Assembly (NCBI GenBank): GCA_037441385.1
Contig: JBBISH010000166.1
Location: forward strand, 1-11,264
DNA from: Myxococcales bacterium
GTDB taxonomy: Bacteria; Myxococcota_A; UBA9042
Reading direction: 5' to 3'
Length of the DNA stretch: 11,264 nt
Positions 9,301-11,264 of this stretch are shown one piece after another. Below the pieces are notes generated by a model, which was given only the letters and a program-made list of their open reading frames with translations, did not search any database and was not told the origin of the DNA. Position 1 is the first letter of the stretch. The number at the start of each line of letters is the position of its first letter. The translations under genes were made by a program, and so were the position numbers.

Positions 9301-10045
9301 CCTTGGCATCGGCCAGTGTCGAGAAGCTGGACGACACGTTCCCCGCGCAGATGTCGAATGCCTTGACATAGTTGGCTTCGACCTGCGTGGCCATGCCGGG
9401 CACGTCGCATGGTTGCGGGGGCTCGTCCGTGGCGCCGTCGCAGTCGTTGTCAATGTTGTCCGGAAACTCGACTGAACCGGGACCGACAGCCTTGTCGGCG
9501 TCGTTGCAGTCGCCGCCGGATGATGCGGTGAACGCGCCCGCGGCACCGCAGGCGCATTTTTGCGGCTCGCTGATCGAGCCGAACCCGTCCCCGTCCGCGT
9601 CGACCCACGTCGTCGTGCATCCCGCGGCGCCAGGCTCGTCGGTGAGGCCATTGCAGTTGTCGTCTGCGCCGTTGCATGTTTCAGGGGTGCCGTTTGGCGC
9701 CAGGACATGCACACACACCGTCGCAGCCGTGCAGTAGTCCAAGGTGCAGGGGTCGTCGTCGGCGCAGTTCACGCCCGCACACGGATCGGGCGGCGCGTCC
9801 GCGGTCAACTTCGTGTCGCCCACATCTCCTGTCGCGTCTAGTCCGACATCTAGTCCGACATCTAGTCCGACATCTGCCGCAACATCGCCTTGCCCCGCAT
9901 CCCACGATCCCGCCATGCCGGGCACGCCGTCCGGGCACGTCGACCCAGGCAACGCGAACTGGCCGCACTCCGGAAGGGGCGGCGCGCATCCGGTAGAGAG
10001 CACGCACAGAACCAGCACTTGGTACGCGGCGCGATGTCGAGCCAT
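6338..10045 (-). CDS. Large Cys-rich lipoprotein: MopE-type repeats, choice-of-anchor-L-like domain, two FGE-sulfatase (SUMF1/EgtB/PvdO-family, CLec-fold) domains
   Basis: Within ORF 6338-10342. ATG 10045 gives the lipoprotein signal MARHRAAYQVLVLCVLSTG|C (1235 aa). ETCNGADDNCNGLTDE and DNIDNDCDGATDE motifs (~9680-9424). VVLSTG..FDFNFMSAEYPEWVGTQFNDKF..IFDEGDHINDSVVILD (~9370-8705). Many CxDGNxCTxDxC repeats. Two FGE-type domains with IPGGTxWMG, LPTEAQWEMAARG, SPYGLHDMAGNVWEW and RGG..GxRC (~8175-7423 and ~7108-6341). Confidence 0.93.
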   Translation of the reverse strand: MARHRAAYQVLVLCVLSTGCAPPLPECGQFALPGSTCPDGVPGMAGSWDAGQGDVAADVGLDVGLDVGLDATGDVGDTKLTADAPPDPCAGVNCADDDPCTLDYCTAATVCVHVLAPNGTPETCNGADDNCNGLTDEPGAAGCTTTWVDADGDGFGSISEPQKCACGAAGAFTASSGGDCNDADKAVGPGSVEFPDNIDNDCDGATDEPPQPCDVPGMATQVEANYVKAFDICAGNVSSSFSTLADAKARAIATHYGANTNPFNGSHFVVLSTGVAAAEGDPSYVSPQAGTAFANTAPNPSGKCVSSGSAYDYTEWKLVLKVPTNAQSLSFDFNFMSAEYPEWVGTQFNDKFLAILDSKGFKGNVAFDAKGGCIGINSSLFLACAGCPLGALGLVGTGYENGVGGGTNWLTTTAPVAPGETITLRMVIFDEGDHINDSVVILDDFRWGKNSPGSGPVTTQTCEGGVCTGKSCTTLGDCSDGNACTDDACPAGKCMYSPNTQACDDGSACTSGFTCAGMVCGKPLTCEDNNACTTDACNPKIGCTHTPAAGNTTCSDGNPCTTGDACAGDKCTGGPPLACSDGKACTSDSCVSTTGCVYTPSAAGTSCGGGKSCDDGGGCVAPYPPSGMALIPGGTFWMGCNAATDTTCTTTDQVPQHQVTLSSYYMDLTETTVAQYKSCVDAGACTVPLAVQPAQFATYPGLGQNPVNFVTWSQARAYCTWRGAGFDLPTEAQWEMAARGTCELNGSAGSNVNCKTKMRTATWGELPADCTRAVMDDGTPGCGTGATWAVGSKTAGDSPYGLHDMAGNVWEWTRDWYGAFAETATQDPTGPTSGSKRVTRGGGFDWTAKYMRAAARGTGDSNGVGKSVGLRCARSICGSDAACNDANACTADVCDDKGVCQHVDSTGACDDGSACTTADACGSGVCVGGVAPNCDDGNICTADSCAAASGCKHAPVAVGTACGGAGLCDATGKCVVPSTPAGMVLIPGGTLWMGCNSAKDSKCQPDEDPQHKVTLSAYYVDVSETTVAQYKKCVDAGACSAATDLAAVACNWAKAGKEQDPVNCVNWAHAQQYCKWRGEGFDLPTEAQWEMAARGDCAKNGKAASDASCAQAMRTYPWGETPASCSLAVMVDGTAVGCGAASTWSVGSKTAGDSPYGLHDMAGNVWEWTRDTYDAAYYSVSPSADPSGPGSGAARTVRGGSFVNDANSQRASLRAGTVETDAQDGLGMRCVRSYP
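9837..9875. repeat. Perfect 12-bp tandem repeat TCTAGTCCGACA x3 (encodes DVGL x3 in the lipoprotein linker)
   Basis: Exact copies at 9837, 9849 and 9861, followed by a partial TCT. Confidence 0.95.
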
Positions 10046-10267
10046 CAGGACTTCCACGCCTGCACCCGTAGAGATCCCCCAACCTGACCGCCCCGCGCAC
10101 AGAAACAGCGACAAGCGATGTACGCTCCCATTGCCAAAGCCCTCGCCGGCCGAATTCGACCGCGCCCCGCGATGAGCAGGAACTGCAAGGCGCACGCGCC
10201 GCGCCTGGCTCCGCCACCGCCGACCGCTCCCAGCGCTACCAGACCGTCCAGCCACGCCAACACCGCC

Positions 10268-10296
10268 ACCATGCGCCCGCAACCAGCCGCCGTCAA
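10268..10296 (-). promoter_or_regulatory. Candidate sigma70-type outward promoter within the IS ori end, pointing at the lipoprotein gene
   Basis: Minus strand TTGACG-17 nt-CATGGT. The -35 and spacing are good; the -10 is weak. Confidence 0.25.
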
Positions 10297-10390
10297 GCGC
10301 GAATTGACCCGCGGCGCGCAGACCTCCGCCGCCCAGCGCCAACGGCCACGGCCAGCCCTGGGCTTCCGCAATTCTGGCGCACTTTGGCGG

Positions 10391-10889
10391 CTACGCGGCC
10401 CAGTCCTCCGCCCCCGGCTCGTCCACCGCGTCGAAATCCGGCGGCGGCAGCTCATTGGGCGGCCACAACTCGACCTCGGGAGGGCCAAGGATGGCCACGA
10501 TGTCCGGGTCCTGGGCCACGGTCTGCCACAGCCCGAAGTGGCGCAGGATCTTTTCGGCCCAGGCCAGGTCGGTGACGGCGGCGAGCATTTTGCGTCGGCC
10601 TCCGCAGCCACAGGCGAGGACGTCGAAGAAAATGTGCGCTTGAGACCGTCGCGCCATTTCAGCCGGGTGTCGACGGCGCGCTCGCCGGGTCGAGCCTCTT
10701 CGCCCGCGCTCGCTGTCTTGGCCCTGTCTTTTGCGCTCTTGCGCCGTACCCGGAGCTTGGCCAGCCCTGGCGAACGGCGCGGTGCAGGGCACCTTCTTCG
10801 GGCTGGCGGCGCTCGTAGGTACACGACGGCCGGGCCGTCTGGGCGTCGGCGGCGAGGGTCGGAGTGGCGATGGCAGACAGTGCGCCCAT
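10391..10889 (-). pseudogene. IS91-family (Y2) transposase pseudogene: N-terminus joined to C-terminus, catalytic core missing
   Basis: N-terminal MGALSAIATP..YERRQPEEGALHRAVRQGWPS resembles Y.RR.PE...L...V. It is followed by AKLR..VDTRLKWRDGLKRTF/FDVLACGCGGRRKMLAAVTDLAWAEKILRHFGLW..GPP..DWAA*, resembling W..LL.RVF..DVL.C.CGG....A.IT......KIL.HLGL. Frame changes near 10757 and 10630. No HUH motif or catalytic tyrosines seen. Confidence 0.78.
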
Positions 10890-10992
10890 CGATAGGGTGA
10901 TCGACGCGAGCACGCACTTTGCCGCGGTGGTCCGCGAAATGGCCGGTTGGGCTGGGGTCCGGCGACCCCAGTTGCCACCAAATCCAAAACCC

Positions 10993-11021
10993 CGCTATTG
11001 GAAGTCAAACTTCCAGTAGCG
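10993..11021. repeat. Inverted repeat, 13-bp stem with 3-nt loop
   Basis: CGCTATTGGAAGT-CAA-ACTTCCAGTAGCG: 12/13 Watson-Crick pairs plus one T.G on the + strand. Confidence 0.8.
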
Positions 11022-11264
11022 CCGACACGCCGGCCCGGACGCCCTGCAAGACCGGCTCCGGGCGAGTTCGAAGTCTGTGATCTGCAAAGGGTATCCGCTC
11101 CGTCACCGTCGCGGTTATTTGATCGGGGAAGCGCAGAAGCTCCGGATCGGTCGGCCGAACTCGACCACGCAGCGCCGAGAACGATGCGGACTCGAAGCCG
11201 CACGAGCTGGCTGGCCGCAAGGCCGGCCGCGAGGTGGGGCTTGGCAACCTCAGGCGCGGCTTCA

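Larger units (their letters stand above)
10172..10975 (-). mobile_element. Internally deleted, non-autonomous IS91/ISCR-like rolling-circle element (boundaries approximate)
   Basis: Contains transposase N- and C-terminal fragments (next feature). Downstream, + strand AGGAACTGCAAGGCGC (10178-10193) resembles the ISCR/IS91 oriIS motif as I recall it (TAGGAAGTTCAAACGC-like). Hairpins upstream at 10923-10971 may belong to the ter end. Confidence 0.6.

Noticed and set aside
6377..10217. Numerous antisense and alternate-frame ORFs overlapping the main CDSs
   Set aside because: Typical shadow ORFs of high-GC coding DNA with no motifs of their own.
11005..11264. Minus-strand frame open from the window edge to TGA at 11005-11007 (..LQGVRAGVSALLEV*) and a + strand ATG at 11184
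   Set aside because: No recognisable motif, and competing frames cannot be resolved without flanking sequence.

Overview
GC-rich window (roughly two-thirds G+C by eye) whose gene content resembles Myxococcota/deltaproteobacteria (inference). The + strand carries three envelope-associated genes: a 7-repeat Kelch lipoprotein, a membrane-anchored Hanks-type Ser/Thr kinase with an N-terminal zinc-ribbon-like motif, and an overlapping secreted TPR protein with an Ala/Glu/Lys pentad-repeat stalk and a hydrophobic tail ending in ...LAWRF. Converging on them is a 1235-aa Cys-rich lipoprotein with MopE-type repeats, a choice-of-anchor-L-like domain and two FGE-sulfatase/CLec-fold domains that lack the FGE catalytic cysteines. 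That gene is flanked by two decayed IS elements: an IS630-like HTH remnant and an internally deleted IS91/ISCR-like element. The most striking observation is that the two otherwise unrelated lipoproteins share a motif right at the lipidated Cys (GCAPxLP[DE]CxxFAxP, 10/15 identical). This suggests a common sorting or docking signal tied to the kinase-TPR pair. All family calls come from motif recognition by eye; no searches were run.
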